Shown here one piece after another: positions 1 through 7,656 of a stretch of DNA of 64,000 nt. Numbering within the stretch: the first letter of the stretch is position 1; each line of letters starts with the position of its first letter. The position numbers and the translations under genes are program-made. Origin of the DNA: a virus (lineage: Duplodnaviria; Heunggongvirae; Uroviricota; Caudoviricetes); IMG/VR virus record IMGVR_UViG_3300047560_002175, positions 64,001 through 128,000 of that record; one strand, given 5' to 3'. The notes beneath the pieces are model-generated. The model worked only from the letters and a program-made list of their open reading frames with translations. It was not told the DNA's origin and did not search any database.

Positions 1-45
1 TGCTTGCATTAATGACATATTGTTCTCTTTAATTATGTTGAAATG

Positions 46-555
46 TTATTTACCTAGGTCTTTAAATGATGGAACTTGATATTGCCACCAGTTAGGTAAC
101 TTTGATACGCCTTTTGGCATAAATCTTGGAGTTCCATCTAATTCAAATGGAATTTCAATTGTTGACTTTAGTCCTATTTTTTCATGAGCTTCTTTTGGGA
201 TCATAAAAAAGTAATATGAGTTATTTATTCTTTCATAAACTTGAACACATAACGTTCCAGTTTTATTATGTACATTTGAAATTGGAGCAGTATAGCTTCT
301 TTTATTATTACTAAATCTAACAGTTGATAATTTTGCATCATTGCCATTATCTAAGTCATATTGATCTTCAGAAACAACAGTATGTCCACCAACTGCTGCA
401 ATTGCGTGTTCAAATGCAGTAGACACTTGTAATATTCCTAAACCAAGTAAATTGTCAATTGTCCATTGATCCATTTTATCATATCCAGGAATAAGGTGTC
501 TAAAATTATCAAAATGTGCTACATCTAAAACTACGTTTTCTAATTTTGTTGTCAT
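46..555 (-). CDS. hypothetical protein (weak resemblance to PD-(D/E)xK nuclease fold)
   Basis: 169-aa ORF downstream of a sigma70-like promoter; DLDNGNDAK could be a PD..DxK motif, not confirmed. Confidence 0.5.
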   Translation of the reverse strand: MTTKLENVVLDVAHFDNFRHLIPGYDKMDQWTIDNLLGLGILQVSTAFEHAIAAVGGHTVVSEDQYDLDNGNDAKLSTVRFSNNKRSYTAPISNVHNKTGTLCVQVYERINNSYYFFMIPKEAHEKIGLKSTIEIPFELDGTPRFMPKGVSKLPNWWQYQVPSFKDLGK

Positions 556-593
556 AATATTTAATGTGTTTTGTTATGTTTAAAAAAAAGTAT

Positions 594-621
594 ATTATAA
601 TTTCTTTTTATCTTTTGTCAA
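594..621 (-). promoter_or_regulatory. sigma70-like early promoter
   Basis: minus strand TTGACA-N16-TATAAT. Confidence 0.65.
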
Positions 622-639
622 GCTTTTTTTTAAAATTAT

Positions 640-713
640 TGGAGCGGGATACGAGACTCGAACTCGTTTGGATAGCTTGGAAGGCTATTGCACAACCTAT
701 ATGCCAATCCCGC
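640..713 (-). tRNA. tRNA-Gly(TCC)
   Basis: GCGGGAT acceptor, anticodon arm ATAGC-CTTCCAA-GCTAT, GTTCGAGT T-loop, U73, encoded CCA. Confidence 0.93.
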
Positions 714-725
714 AGATGATATAAC

Positions 726-780
726 TGGATGCATTTTTAGTTTCACCAATTGAAATATTAAAAATGGCTGTTAGCATCCA
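726..780 (-). ncRNA. ACAGCA-box hairpin RNA (minimal family member 1)
   Basis: TGGATGC/GCATCCA terminal stem, TAACAGCC box, inner ATTTTTA/TAAAAAT and TTTCA/TGAAA stems. Confidence 0.6.
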
Positions 781-806
781 AAAATTGTTGTATGCGAACA
801 CTAAAC

Positions 807-858
807 TGAATGCATTTACTTTCGCCAATGAAATTAAAAGTTATGCTGTTAGCATTCA
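807..858 (-). ncRNA. ACAGCA-box hairpin RNA (minimal member 2)
   Basis: TGAATGC/GCATTCA stem, TAACAGCA box; paralog of 726-780. Confidence 0.6.
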
Positions 859-884
859 AAAACTATAGTATTCGCGTACTATGT

Positions 885-961
885 TGGTCGGGGTAACACG
901 ATTTGAACATGCGACCTATCCGCCCCAAACGGATCGCTCTACCAAGCTGAGCTATACCCCG
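885..961 (-). tRNA. tRNA-Pro(TGG)
   Basis: CGGGGTA acceptor, ATCCG-TTTGGGG-CGGAT anticodon arm, CCA end. Confidence 0.95.
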
Positions 962-969
962 GTAATTCT

Positions 970-1371
970 TTATAACAATTTTAAATGACCTGTTACTGGG
1001 TCAATCTTCTCAGGATAGTCTGGACCTATTGCTAAACATGTTAGAGTTGGGACTCCATTAAATTCAGTCAATCCTGCATCTTTAATTAGTTTTGTATTTA
1101 ATCCATGTTCTAATGCTTCTGAGAAAATATTAAGCAATTCTGCTTCACTATTTACATAAACACAGACTTTTTTAAATCTACCTCTAAGCCATTCTTCAAC
1201 TGGCTTGTTTACAGCTAAATTATAATAAGCATCTTTGTCTGCAGTTGCAGGATACATTTGCCCATAATTTAAAATTGCACCTAGTGAAGCATGGCTAGTT
1301 TGAGCAACGATTTTACCTTTACGCATGTTAAGGTCTTTTCGTACTACTATTACTTGTTTAGGTTCTGACAT
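970..1371 (-). CDS. pth2: peptidyl-tRNA hydrolase, Pth2 family
   Basis: KQVIVVRKDLNMRKGKIVAQTSHA, KKVCV, DAGLTEF, TCLAIGP motifs. Confidence 0.93.
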   Translation of the reverse strand: MSEPKQVIVVRKDLNMRKGKIVAQTSHASLGAILNYGQMYPATADKDAYYNLAVNKPVEEWLRGRFKKVCVYVNSEAELLNIFSEALEHGLNTKLIKDAGLTEFNGVPTLTCLAIGPDYPEKIDPVTGHLKLL

Positions 1372-1374
1372 ATA

Positions 1375-1746
1375 TTATTCACAATTCCATCTACGTCTTG
1401 CTTTACAAATTGGTTTATCTGGATTAGATGAACAATCTATATGATGCATTTTCTTTTGTCCATTTGATCTTGCACAAAAACTTTTACGACGTTTTGAATC
1501 TTTACTACCTTTCTTTAATTTACTTGGATCGGTAGTTACTGCTGTTTTTAATTTTGATCCTGGATTTTCTTTTCGATAAGCACTAACTGCTTTTTTACTC
1601 ATTCCATCAGTACCATCTTTTTTATTTACTGATTGCCAATCTTCATTAGCAGGAACACAGTTAGGAACTGTTTTTTTATTCTTCTTTTTGGTACCAACTT
1701 GTTTGTACCCTTTCCAACACGGATCTGTTATTTCAAAAATTTTCAT
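1375..1746 (-). CDS. basic phage protein with MKIxEI N-terminus, probable virion-internal protein
   Basis: MKIFEIT start; CWKGY..VPNCV and KTAVT..RRKSFCAR motifs recalled from T4-like phage hypotheticals; TAAATA late promoter and GAGG upstream. Confidence 0.65.
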   Translation of the reverse strand: MKIFEITDPCWKGYKQVGTKKKNKKTVPNCVPANEDWQSVNKKDGTDGMSKKAVSAYRKENPGSKLKTAVTTDPSKLKKGSKDSKRRKSFCARSNGQKKMHHIDCSSNPDKPICKARRRWNCE

Positions 1747-1789
1747 ATTGTTGCCTCACTTTTATAGTATTTAGTGAAGCAACACTATA

Positions 1790-2059
1790 TTATTTTAACA
1801 TTGCTTTATCAAACAAGCTGTTTAATTTGGTATTGTAATCATTAAACTTGCCATCAAGTAATTTACAATGATTTAAGCATTGTTCTTGTTGTTGTGATAG
1901 AATACTTACTTTACCTTCAACTTCTGTAACTTCTTTTACAATTGCAGTATCGTGAGCTTCAAGTTTTGAAACACGACCTGTTACTGCATCTAAATCACCA
2001 GTTGATGCACAACCAGTTACAAGTACAGCTAATGCTGAAATTAAAAATAATTGTTTCAT
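1790..2059 (-). CDS. Lpp/OprI-like coiled-coil lipoprotein
   Basis: signal peptide with lipobox LVTGC followed by a heptad-rich helix. Confidence 0.65.
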   Translation of the reverse strand: MKQLFLISALAVLVTGCASTGDLDAVTGRVSKLEAHDTAIVKEVTEVEGKVSILSQQQEQCLNHCKLLDGKFNDYNTKLNSLFDKAMLK

Positions 2060-2079
2060 TTCTTTTCCTCTTTGTTATA

Positions 2080-2169
2080 TGGCGGAAGAAGTGAGATTCG
2101 AACTCACGGACGGGACTAACCGTCGACAGTTTTCAAGACTGCTGCTTTAAGCCACTCAGCCACTCTTCC
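2080..2169 (-). tRNA. tRNA-Ser(TGA)
   Basis: GGAAGAG acceptor, GCAGT-CTTGAAA-ACTGT, long variable arm, G73, CCA. Confidence 0.95.
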
Positions 2170-2178
2170 TGTTTATTT

Positions 2179-2265
2179 TGGCGGAAGGTATAGGGTTCGA
2201 ACCTATACAACGGTTACCCGTTGACAGATTAGCAATCTGCTCCATTACCATTCTGGCAACCTTCC
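2179..2265 (-). tRNA. tRNA-Ser(GCT)
   Basis: GGAAGGT acceptor, GCAGA-TTGCTAA-TCTGT, long variable arm, G73, CCA. Confidence 0.95.
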
Positions 2266-2273
2266 TAACTATC

Positions 2274-2348
2274 TGGAGCCTCTTCCCAGAATCGAACTGA
2301 GATCTAAAGATTACAAGTCAATTGTAATAACCATTATACTAAAGAGGC
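2274..2348 (-). tRNA. tRNA-Thr(TGT)
   Basis: GCCTCTT acceptor, CTTGTAA loop, GTTCGATT T-loop, CCA; anticodon stem has two T-T mismatches. Confidence 0.82.
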
Positions 2349-2463
2349 AATAACTATTATTAAAGCATCTTTTATTTAGTGCTTTAATAATAGCTATCAT
2401 TTAAAAATGACAACTATTATCTAGGAAGATCCTATGTTAAAAAAACCTGGTACTATTTTGTTG

Positions 2464-2766
<303 letters not shown>

Positions 2767-2770
2767 CTTT

Positions 2771-3427
2771 TTATTTTTGTGAAAGTTGCATTGCAACGAG
2801 TCTATCTAAACCAATAGCAACTTCAAACACCATACCGTGTTCCCAGTCTTTTCTTACAGAACAACCTGCAACTTCCAAATCACCCATCATCCAATCTAAT
2901 GTTTTTTCGGAATAGTGGGGCAGTTCATCAGCTTCTACAATACGGCCGCCGTAAGCATTAGTTAATGCTTCTAATGCAGTTTCAATATACGGTGCTTTTG
3001 TATCATTACCGCAAAACAACTGGAATTCTAATTGGTAAAACTGTACTAAACGTAACTTACTAGCTCGCATTGTTTCAGCGTTGACTTCGTCTCTAAACGA
3101 TAAACCAACTTGCCACAAGCAAAGCGGAAGTTCTTTAACATTAAAGTTTGGGTGTAAAATGTTAAATGCTTCAAAAGTACCTGCAGTAGTTTCTGGACGC
3201 AAATAACCACGTTTTGTCTCAATTAGTTCAAACCCTACATCAATGTGCGATTGCAACGTTGCAGCAGGAGTTAGAATTGGTGTTTCTACACGCGCCATTC
3301 GTACTGCTCTGTTTAGCTTGTTCCATTCACTGTACAACAAATGCGGAATTTCTCTAATTAGTGTTTCACGTCGGATAATTTCCTGTTCATTCCACATTAC
3401 AGTCGCATTTGAAAAACATTTTTGCAT
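2771..3427 (-). CDS. glycyl-tRNA synthetase-like class II aaRS catalytic core (no anticodon-binding domain)
   Basis: LRPETTAGTF, motif 2 QVGLSFRDE..LRLVQFYQLEFQ, motif 3 EVAIGLDRL; only 218 aa. Confidence 0.8.
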   Translation of the reverse strand: MQKCFSNATVMWNEQEIIRRETLIREIPHLLYSEWNKLNRAVRMARVETPILTPAATLQSHIDVGFELIETKRGYLRPETTAGTFEAFNILHPNFNVKELPLCLWQVGLSFRDEVNAETMRASKLRLVQFYQLEFQLFCGNDTKAPYIETALEALTNAYGGRIVEADELPHYSEKTLDWMMGDLEVAGCSVRKDWEHGMVFEVAIGLDRLVAMQLSQK

Positions 3428-3457
3428 AGTAGCTCCTACTAGTTAATTAAAATAAAC

Positions 3458-3485
3458 ATTATACACTAAAATATTAAGATGTCAA
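3458..3485 (-). promoter_or_regulatory. sigma70-like early promoter
   Basis: TTGACA-N16-TATAAT upstream of the GlyRS-like gene. Confidence 0.65.
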
Positions 3486-3512
3486 CTATTACTACATCCT
3501 AATAAACTTGTT

Positions 3513-3589
3513 TGGCTGGATAGGCAGGGCTCGAACCTGCGACCCGCTGATTAACAGTCAACTGCTACTACCAACTGAGCTACTATCCA
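3513..3589 (-). tRNA. tRNA-Asn(GTT)
   Basis: TGGATAG acceptor, GTTGA-CTGTTAA-TCAGC, G73, CCA. Confidence 0.95.
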
Positions 3590-3624
3590 ATAAATCTTTT
3601 AACTACTTATTTATCTTCGTTATT

Positions 3625-3701
3625 TGGTGGGCCACCCGGGACTTGAACCCGGAACCTGCCGATTATGAGTCGGATGCTCTAACCAATTGAGCTAAAGGCC
3701 C
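3625..3701 (-). tRNA. tRNA-Ile2(CAT) (lysidine type) or elongator Met
   Basis: GGGCCTT acceptor, TCCGA-CTCATAA-TCGGC; resembles the E. coli ileX pattern. Confidence 0.88.
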
Positions 3702-3712
3702 TTAATAAATAT

Positions 3713-3860
3713 ACCTAAGGATGGATTCGAACCATCACCTCCTCGGATTTGCAAGGCAATTCTGTTGCGCCTAACCATATCGCGTTTATGGTATCATTGG
3801 CATTACAGGTTGTGGACGTGTATCAATAACGTCTGCTCTAACCAATTGAGCTACTTAGGT
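3713..3860 (-). ncRNA. long tRNA-like RNA with expanded central domain
   Basis: ACCTAAG/CTTAGGT acceptor, canonical D arm TAGCTCAATTGGTTAGAGC and T arm GATGG-TTCGAAT-CCATC, ~75 extra nt, no encoded CCA. Confidence 0.65.
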
Positions 3861-3865
3861 GTAAC

Positions 3866-3940
3866 TGGCGTCGCTACGGGGAATTGAACCCCGGTTGCAA
3901 GGATGAAAACCTTGTGTCCTAACCACTAGACGATAGCGAC
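3866..3940 (-). tRNA. tRNA-Glu(TTC)
   Basis: GTCGCTA acceptor, CAAGG-TTTTCAT-CCTTG, G73, CCA. Confidence 0.95.
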
Positions 3941-3943
3941 AAA

Positions 3944-4050
3944 TTATATTAAAACACACTACTACACGGAATCGAACCGTATCACTGACTCCGCGCCAGC
4001 TAGTGTTCCACACCCACGTTGATCAAACGCTGTAATGTGTTTAAATATAA
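3944..4050 (-). ncRNA. degenerate tRNA-like element inside a long AT-rich terminal stem
   Basis: T arm TACGG-TTCGATT-CCGTG, mini D arm CGTT/AACG, 3-nt anticodon loop, variable-like arm CTGGC/GTCAG. Confidence 0.5.
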
Positions 4051-4060
4051 CAACTTTAAC

Positions 4061-4145
4061 AGAATAGCTTGCTCAACCATTGAGCTTTATCGCTAAGATA
4101 GCAATAATGGAATCGAACCATTAAATAATTTGCTGTGACTATTCT
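4061..4145 (-). ncRNA. YrlA/Y-RNA-like circularly permuted tRNA mimic (ACAGCA family)
   Basis: AGAATAG stem, TCACAGCA box, T arm AATGG-TTCGATT-CCATT, looped acceptor ATTGCTA-TCT-TAGCGAT, D arm GCTC-AATGGTT-GAGC, CTATTCT. Confidence 0.75.
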
Positions 4146-4154
4146 TTATTAAAC

Positions 4155-4210
4155 AGGATAGAATTTATTTCAGATTAAGAGTCCAATTTAAATTATGCTG
4201 TTACTATCCT
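4155..4210 (-). ncRNA. ACAGCA-box hairpin RNA (minimal member) capped by an anticodon-like loop
   Basis: AGGATAG/CTATCCT stem, TAACAGCA box, TTGGA-CTCTTAA-TCTGA. Confidence 0.6.
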
Positions 4211-4214
4211 AAAC

Positions 4215-4288
4215 TGGCAGTCCCTGCAGGTATCGAACCTACGCTAGCAGAATCAAAATCTGCTGTGCTACCATTACACCAAGGAACA
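4215..4288 (-). tRNA. tRNA-Gln(TTG)
   Basis: GCAGA-TTTTGAT-TCTGC anticodon arm, 1-72 mismatch, G73, CCA. Confidence 0.92.
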
Positions 4289-4295
4289 CTAATAT

Positions 4296-4381
4296 TGGTG
4301 GTTGCTGTTAGATTCGAACTAACGAAGCACTAAGGCGACAGATTTACAGTCTGCTGGTTTTAACCACTCACCCAAACAACC
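4296..4381 (-). tRNA. tRNA-Tyr(GTA)
   Basis: GGTTGTT acceptor, GCAGA-CTGTAAA-TCTGT, long variable arm, A73, CCA. Confidence 0.95.
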
Positions 4382-4392
4382 ATGTTCTTTAT

Positions 4393-4626
4393 TTATACAA
4401 GTTCTTGATCGTTATGTGCAGTTTCGACTAAGTCTAATACACCTAACTTTCTCAAACGTTTTTCTAAAACTTTCAATCTATTTCTAATCTTAGATTTGTC
4501 ACGTGGACGACCTGTTTTTTCAAGTAACTCTTTAACTTGTGCTAAGTTTAAAGGTTTAAGTCTTGGGCGACCGTTACGTGTTAGTTTAGGATTAGCTGTT
4601 CTGTTTGCTTTACTAATTGTAGACAT
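4393..4626 (-). CDS. small basic hypothetical protein
   Basis: 77-aa Arg/Lys-rich ORF overlapping the stop of the upstream gene. Confidence 0.6.
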   Translation of the reverse strand: MSTISKANRTANPKLTRNGRPRLKPLNLAQVKELLEKTGRPRDKSKIRNRLKVLEKRLRKLGVLDLVETAHNDQELV

Positions 4627-4978
4627 GTTTTTCCTTTACTTTATTAATCATAGTGGTTAGCTGTTCATTAGTAAAATGATCAGGAACATTTATATGAAAA
4701 ATGTTTCTGCCATCTTGTTTTTCAACTTGAACAATATCCTTAGTTTCTTCTACATCAATGTTTTCTACAAGTTCAATTGAAGTTGTATTTGACATTATAA
4801 CTAAGTTTGCAGGTTCTACATGTTTAGCAAACGTAGTCTTAATATTTTCCATATATTCCATAGCATGTCTTGCTGGCATATTACCTACATCAACTTTAAC
4901 TATTAGAATACTGTTTTCAGTTAGTTTTTGCTTATCTAAAATCTGTATTGAATTTTCACTTAATTCTATTGTTTGCAT
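4613..4978 (-). CDS. hypothetical protein
   Basis: 121-aa ORF directly after a sigma70-like promoter. Confidence 0.6.
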   Translation of the reverse strand: MQTIELSENSIQILDKQKLTENSILIVKVDVGNMPARHAMEYMENIKTTFAKHVEPANLVIMSNTTSIELVENIDVEETKDIVQVEKQDGRNIFHINVPDHFTNEQLTTMINKVKEKHVYN

Positions 4979-4995
4979 ATTTGCCTTTGTTATTT

Positions 4996-5037
4996 AGTAT
5001 GTGTATATTATACACGTTTAAAACTAGTTGTCAAGTA
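4996..5037 (-). promoter_or_regulatory. sigma70-like promoter (related to the 7085-7126 and 15800-15841 copies)
   Basis: TTGACA-N16-TATAAT with shared flanks. Confidence 0.7.
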
Positions 5038-5324
5038 AATAATTTTTGTATTCTTGTTTAATTAAATCTTCAATAGCAGCACTTACATCAATACCATTTG
5101 GATTATTCATATCTTCTTTTGCTTCTTGAGTGACATTTGTTTCAAAAAACTTATCACGCCATTCTGCATAATCTAACTTATTTGCCATGTTTCTTAAAAT
5201 CCTTAACTAAATGTTTAAGAATGTCGTGCTCAAGATTGATATGTGCAGTAATATTTTTAGTAGGTTCAAATGTCCATTTACCGTTTAACTTACGAGGTTT
5301 TTTTGGTAATTTAGTTTTCATTCT

Positions 5325-5507
5325 TTATCCTTTGTTTTTAAATTCTGCTGCAACATCGTCAATTGTTGCGTGATTGCCATGTGAATTAGAAATAAATTCT
5401 TCTTTTGGTTCTTCTTTTTCTTTTTTATTAAATATCTTATCCCAGTTTTCATCAAACTGTGATTTGCTAATGCCTAATGGGCGCATTCTACTACCTTTGC
5501 CTGCCAT
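5325..5507 (-). CDS. hypothetical phage protein
   Basis: MAGKGSRMRP..FDENWDKIF; GGAG SD. Confidence 0.6.
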   Translation of the reverse strand: MAGKGSRMRPLGISKSQFDENWDKIFNKKEKEEPKEEFISNSHGNHATIDDVAAEFKNKG

Positions 5508-5529
5508 AAAATCTCCTTAACGTATAGAT

Positions 5530-5730
5530 TTAACCCCATGTTAAACCTACAAGCATTGAATGTTTAGGATCTTTAAACTGCATCCTAACCTCTCCTTGAA
5601 AACAATGCCATTTGTAATCTTGATTATGTATCCAACCTTTTTCTCTACACCATTTTGATATTTCTAATCCTTTAGCAAAATTACCTGGTATTGTTACATA
5701 TCCATTTTCGTGTGCGTAATCTGTATTCAT
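5530..5730 (-). CDS. small protein of the F-x-D...W C-terminal paralog family
   Basis: ends FKDPKHSMLVGLTWG, like the ORFs at 15842-16936. Confidence 0.55.
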   Translation of the reverse strand: MNTDYAHENGYVTIPGNFAKGLEISKWCREKGWIHNQDYKWHCFQGEVRMQFKDPKHSMLVGLTWG

Positions 5731-5753
5731 ATTTTTATTTGTAAGGTTGTTGC

Positions 5754-5816
5754 AGGATGGGATTGAGCTTTTTTAGATCCAAATTCTAACGCTTAATTGT
5801 TTGCAGTTACCATCCT
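5754..5816 (-). ncRNA. ACAGCA-box hairpin RNA (minimal member)
   Basis: AGGATGG/CCATCCT stem, TAACTGCA box. Confidence 0.55.
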
Positions 5817-5830
5817 AAAACTTGTTTATC

Positions 5831-5956
5831 AGAATGCATTTTAATTTTCCAGCGCGTCTACTACTTTCGCCATATGCGTTATTCAACGCATAGTAGGATT
5901 TGCACCTACACGTTATAAAACACTGGATTCCATTAAAAGTATGCAGTTAGCATTCT
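5831..5956 (-). ncRNA. YrlA-like circularly permuted tRNA mimic, Leu-type (ACAGCA family)
   Basis: AGAATGC stem, TAACTGCA, TCCAG, variable arm, T arm GTAGG-TGCAAAT-CCTAC, looped acceptor TATGCGT/ACGCATA, D arm GCG-AAAGTAGTAGA-CGC, CTGGA, GCATTCT. Confidence 0.75.
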
Positions 5957-5960
5957 ATTT

Positions 5961-6036
5961 TGGTTGCGAAGGGTTGGAATCGAACCAACGTCCTCTGGGT
6001 TATGAGCCCAGCTATCTACCACTGATATACCTCGCA
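5961..6036 (-). tRNA. tRNA-fMet(CAT), initiator-like
   Basis: CTGGG-CTCATAA-CCCAG (three G-C pairs), weak T1-A72 pair, CCA. Confidence 0.88.
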
Positions 6037-6047
6037 TAATGTAAAAC

Positions 6048-6165
6048 AGGATCCGTTTAATATCGCGCTCTAACCGTTAAGCTAACTGCTATATACATAG
6101 CAGTGTAGGATTCGAACCTACATCACGTGCTCCAAATGCAAATTATTGTATGCTGTTTAGATCCT
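6048..6165 (-). ncRNA. YrlA-like circularly permuted tRNA mimic (ACAGCA family)
   Basis: AGGATCT stem, AAACAGCA, T arm GTAGG-TTCGAAT-CCTAC, looped acceptor ACTGCTAT-GTAT-ATAGCAGT, D arm GCTT-AACGGTTA-GAGC, GGATCCT. Confidence 0.78.
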
Positions 6166-6179
6166 AAAACTTTTAAAAC

Positions 6180-6417
6180 TTATTAAAAAGAACCCAGTAA
6201 AGTTTTGGTTTCATCGAGTTGCTGCGGTCAACGTTTTACAGACGCCCTTTACTAGTTCCGCCTACATGACTACTATAGTAACTAGAATCGAAGTACTGTA
6301 AATACCCGAAACTCTCACTCGTTACCAGTTCGAGTCTATAACTCCCAAAATGTTATTTTTCCATATAACATTATGACCTTTCGGAACTGTTTTCAGTAGT
6401 TAGGTTCTTTTTAATAA
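6180..6417. ncRNA. candidate 238-nt structured RNA closed by a perfect 15-bp inverted repeat
   Basis: TTATTAAAAAGAACC / GGTTCTTTTTAATAA ends; internal hairpins; no ORF. Confidence 0.5.
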
Positions 6418-6427
6418 ATTCTTTAAC

Positions 6428-6498
6428 AGGTTCCACAAAGTGGGCAAATGTACGGAACATCTTTTCCGTAAGTCTGCAATAATTGCTGTAGGAAACCT
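6428..6498 (-). ncRNA. ACAGCA-box hairpin RNA (minimal member)
   Basis: AGGTTTCC/GGAACCT stem, TACAGCAA box, inner TACGGAA/TTCCGTA hairpin. Confidence 0.6.
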
Positions 6499-6511
6499 AA
6501 AACTATTTAAC

Positions 6512-6563
6512 AGAATGTATTTAGTCATATTTCAAAATGAATTAAAGTTGCTGCAAACATTCT
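6512..6563 (-). ncRNA. ACAGCA-box hairpin RNA (minimal member)
   Basis: AGAATGT/ACATTCT stem, TTGCAGCAA box. Confidence 0.55.
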
Positions 6564-6634
6564 ATAAACATATTGTACTACATTTTTACTACTGTGTCAA
6601 GCATTTTTTAATTTTTTTACAAGGAGTTTTTAAC

Positions 6635-6747
6635 AGGTTTCACAGTCTTTAGTCAATTACTCTACCAGCTGAGCTAACTGCTCTTGCGAGCAGTGCAGGA
6701 TTCGAACCTGCGACACGTTGATTGAAATTGTTTGCTGTAGGAAACCT
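6635..6747 (-). ncRNA. YrlA-like circularly permuted tRNA mimic (ACAGCA family)
   Basis: AGGTTTC stem, CTACAGCA, TCAAT, T arm GCAGG-TTCGAAT-CCTGC, acceptor ACTGCTC-GCAA-GAGCAGT (GNRA loop), D arm GCTC-AGCTGGTA-GAGT, ATTGA, GAAACCT. Confidence 0.8.
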
Positions 6748-6758
6748 AAAACTTGATC

Positions 6759-7064
6759 CTAATCCTTTAGGATAGCTAATACTTCATCTTCACGCATAAT
6801 GATGACTTCTTCGTCATGTAATTTGATAGGTGCCCCAGCATTCTTACCAAATACAATTCTATCACCAATTTTTACTTTTATTTCTCGAAACTGTCCACCA
6901 TCCATGTACTTCCCTGTTCCGATTGCTAGTACTGTCCCTAGTACTGATTTTTCTGTAGCTACAGGTGCAATTAAAATACCACCCGCACTAACCTTTTCTT
7001 CTTCATCTTGTCTTACAACGATCCGATCGTGTAACGGAATAACATTATCTTTTGTTACTGCCAT
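6759..7064 (-). CDS. groES: co-chaperonin GroES
   Basis: PLHDRIVV, SAGGILI, GTVLAIGTG, VKIGDRIVF, IMREDEVLAIL. Confidence 0.95.
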   Translation of the reverse strand: MAVTKDNVIPLHDRIVVRQDEEEKVSAGGILIAPVATEKSVLGTVLAIGTGKYMDGGQFREIKVKIGDRIVFGKNAGAPIKLHDEEVIIMREDEVLAILKD

Positions 7065-7084
7065 GTTGTGTACCTTTGTTGTTA

Positions 7085-7126
7085 AGTATGTGTATATTAT
7101 ACACTAATAAAACAGTTTGTCAAGTA
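7085..7126 (-). promoter_or_regulatory. sigma70-like promoter, 41/42-nt copy of 15800-15841
   Basis: TTGACA-N16-TATAAT. Confidence 0.7.
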
Positions 7127-7194
7127 TTTTTTTACAATTTATATGTAACTAAATATCCCAATAAAAATATTACTGCTACTGATACAAAAAACAT

Positions 7195-7656
7195 CTAACC
7201 TCCTAGGAATATTTCTCTCATTTCGTTTATGTTGCGTGTAGTTAGACCAATGGCGCCATCTACATGTACAAAGCGTGATTTTTGATAATCAAGCATATCT
7301 GATGTATCATCAAGGATTACATAATTATAATCTTCATTATGTTCTTGCAACCATTTTTCTATTTCGTAACCACGATCCCAACCTTTTTTTGAAAAATCAG
7401 GATCACTTTGTCTAGTCTGTGGAGTTACACCAATAATACGTGTTCTACAACAAAATCCTGCACGATACAATATCTCTTTCATTTCTTGCAAGCTATGTAG
7501 AATACGCCAAGAAGAACTTATTACGATTTCACAATCAACTTCTTCACAAAATACTCTAAGCATTACAAGTTTATTGTTTATTAAATGAATGCCTTCAGCC
7601 AGACTGGCGTCGTTGTTAAGGACGCCATCGATATCTAAGAATAGTAATCGTTTCAT
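7195..7656 (-). CDS. HAD-superfamily phosphatase (RNA-repair-associated HAD domain)
   Basis: FLDIDGVLN, IVISSSWR, RGYEIEKWL, YVILDD. Confidence 0.85.
   Translation of the reverse strand: MKRLLFLDIDGVLNNDASLAEGIHLINNKLVMLRVFCEEVDCEIVISSSWRILHSLQEMKEILYRAGFCCRTRIIGVTPQTRQSDPDFSKKGWDRGYEIEKWLQEHNEDYNYVILDDTSDMLDYQKSRFVHVDGAIGLTTRNINEMREIFLGG

Noticed and set aside
3508-3690. 60-aa plus-strand ORF
   Set aside because: It is the antisense of tRNA-Asn and tRNA-Ile2
6440-6652. 70-aa plus-strand ORF
   Set aside because: Overlaps ACAGCA RNAs and a promoter on the other strand
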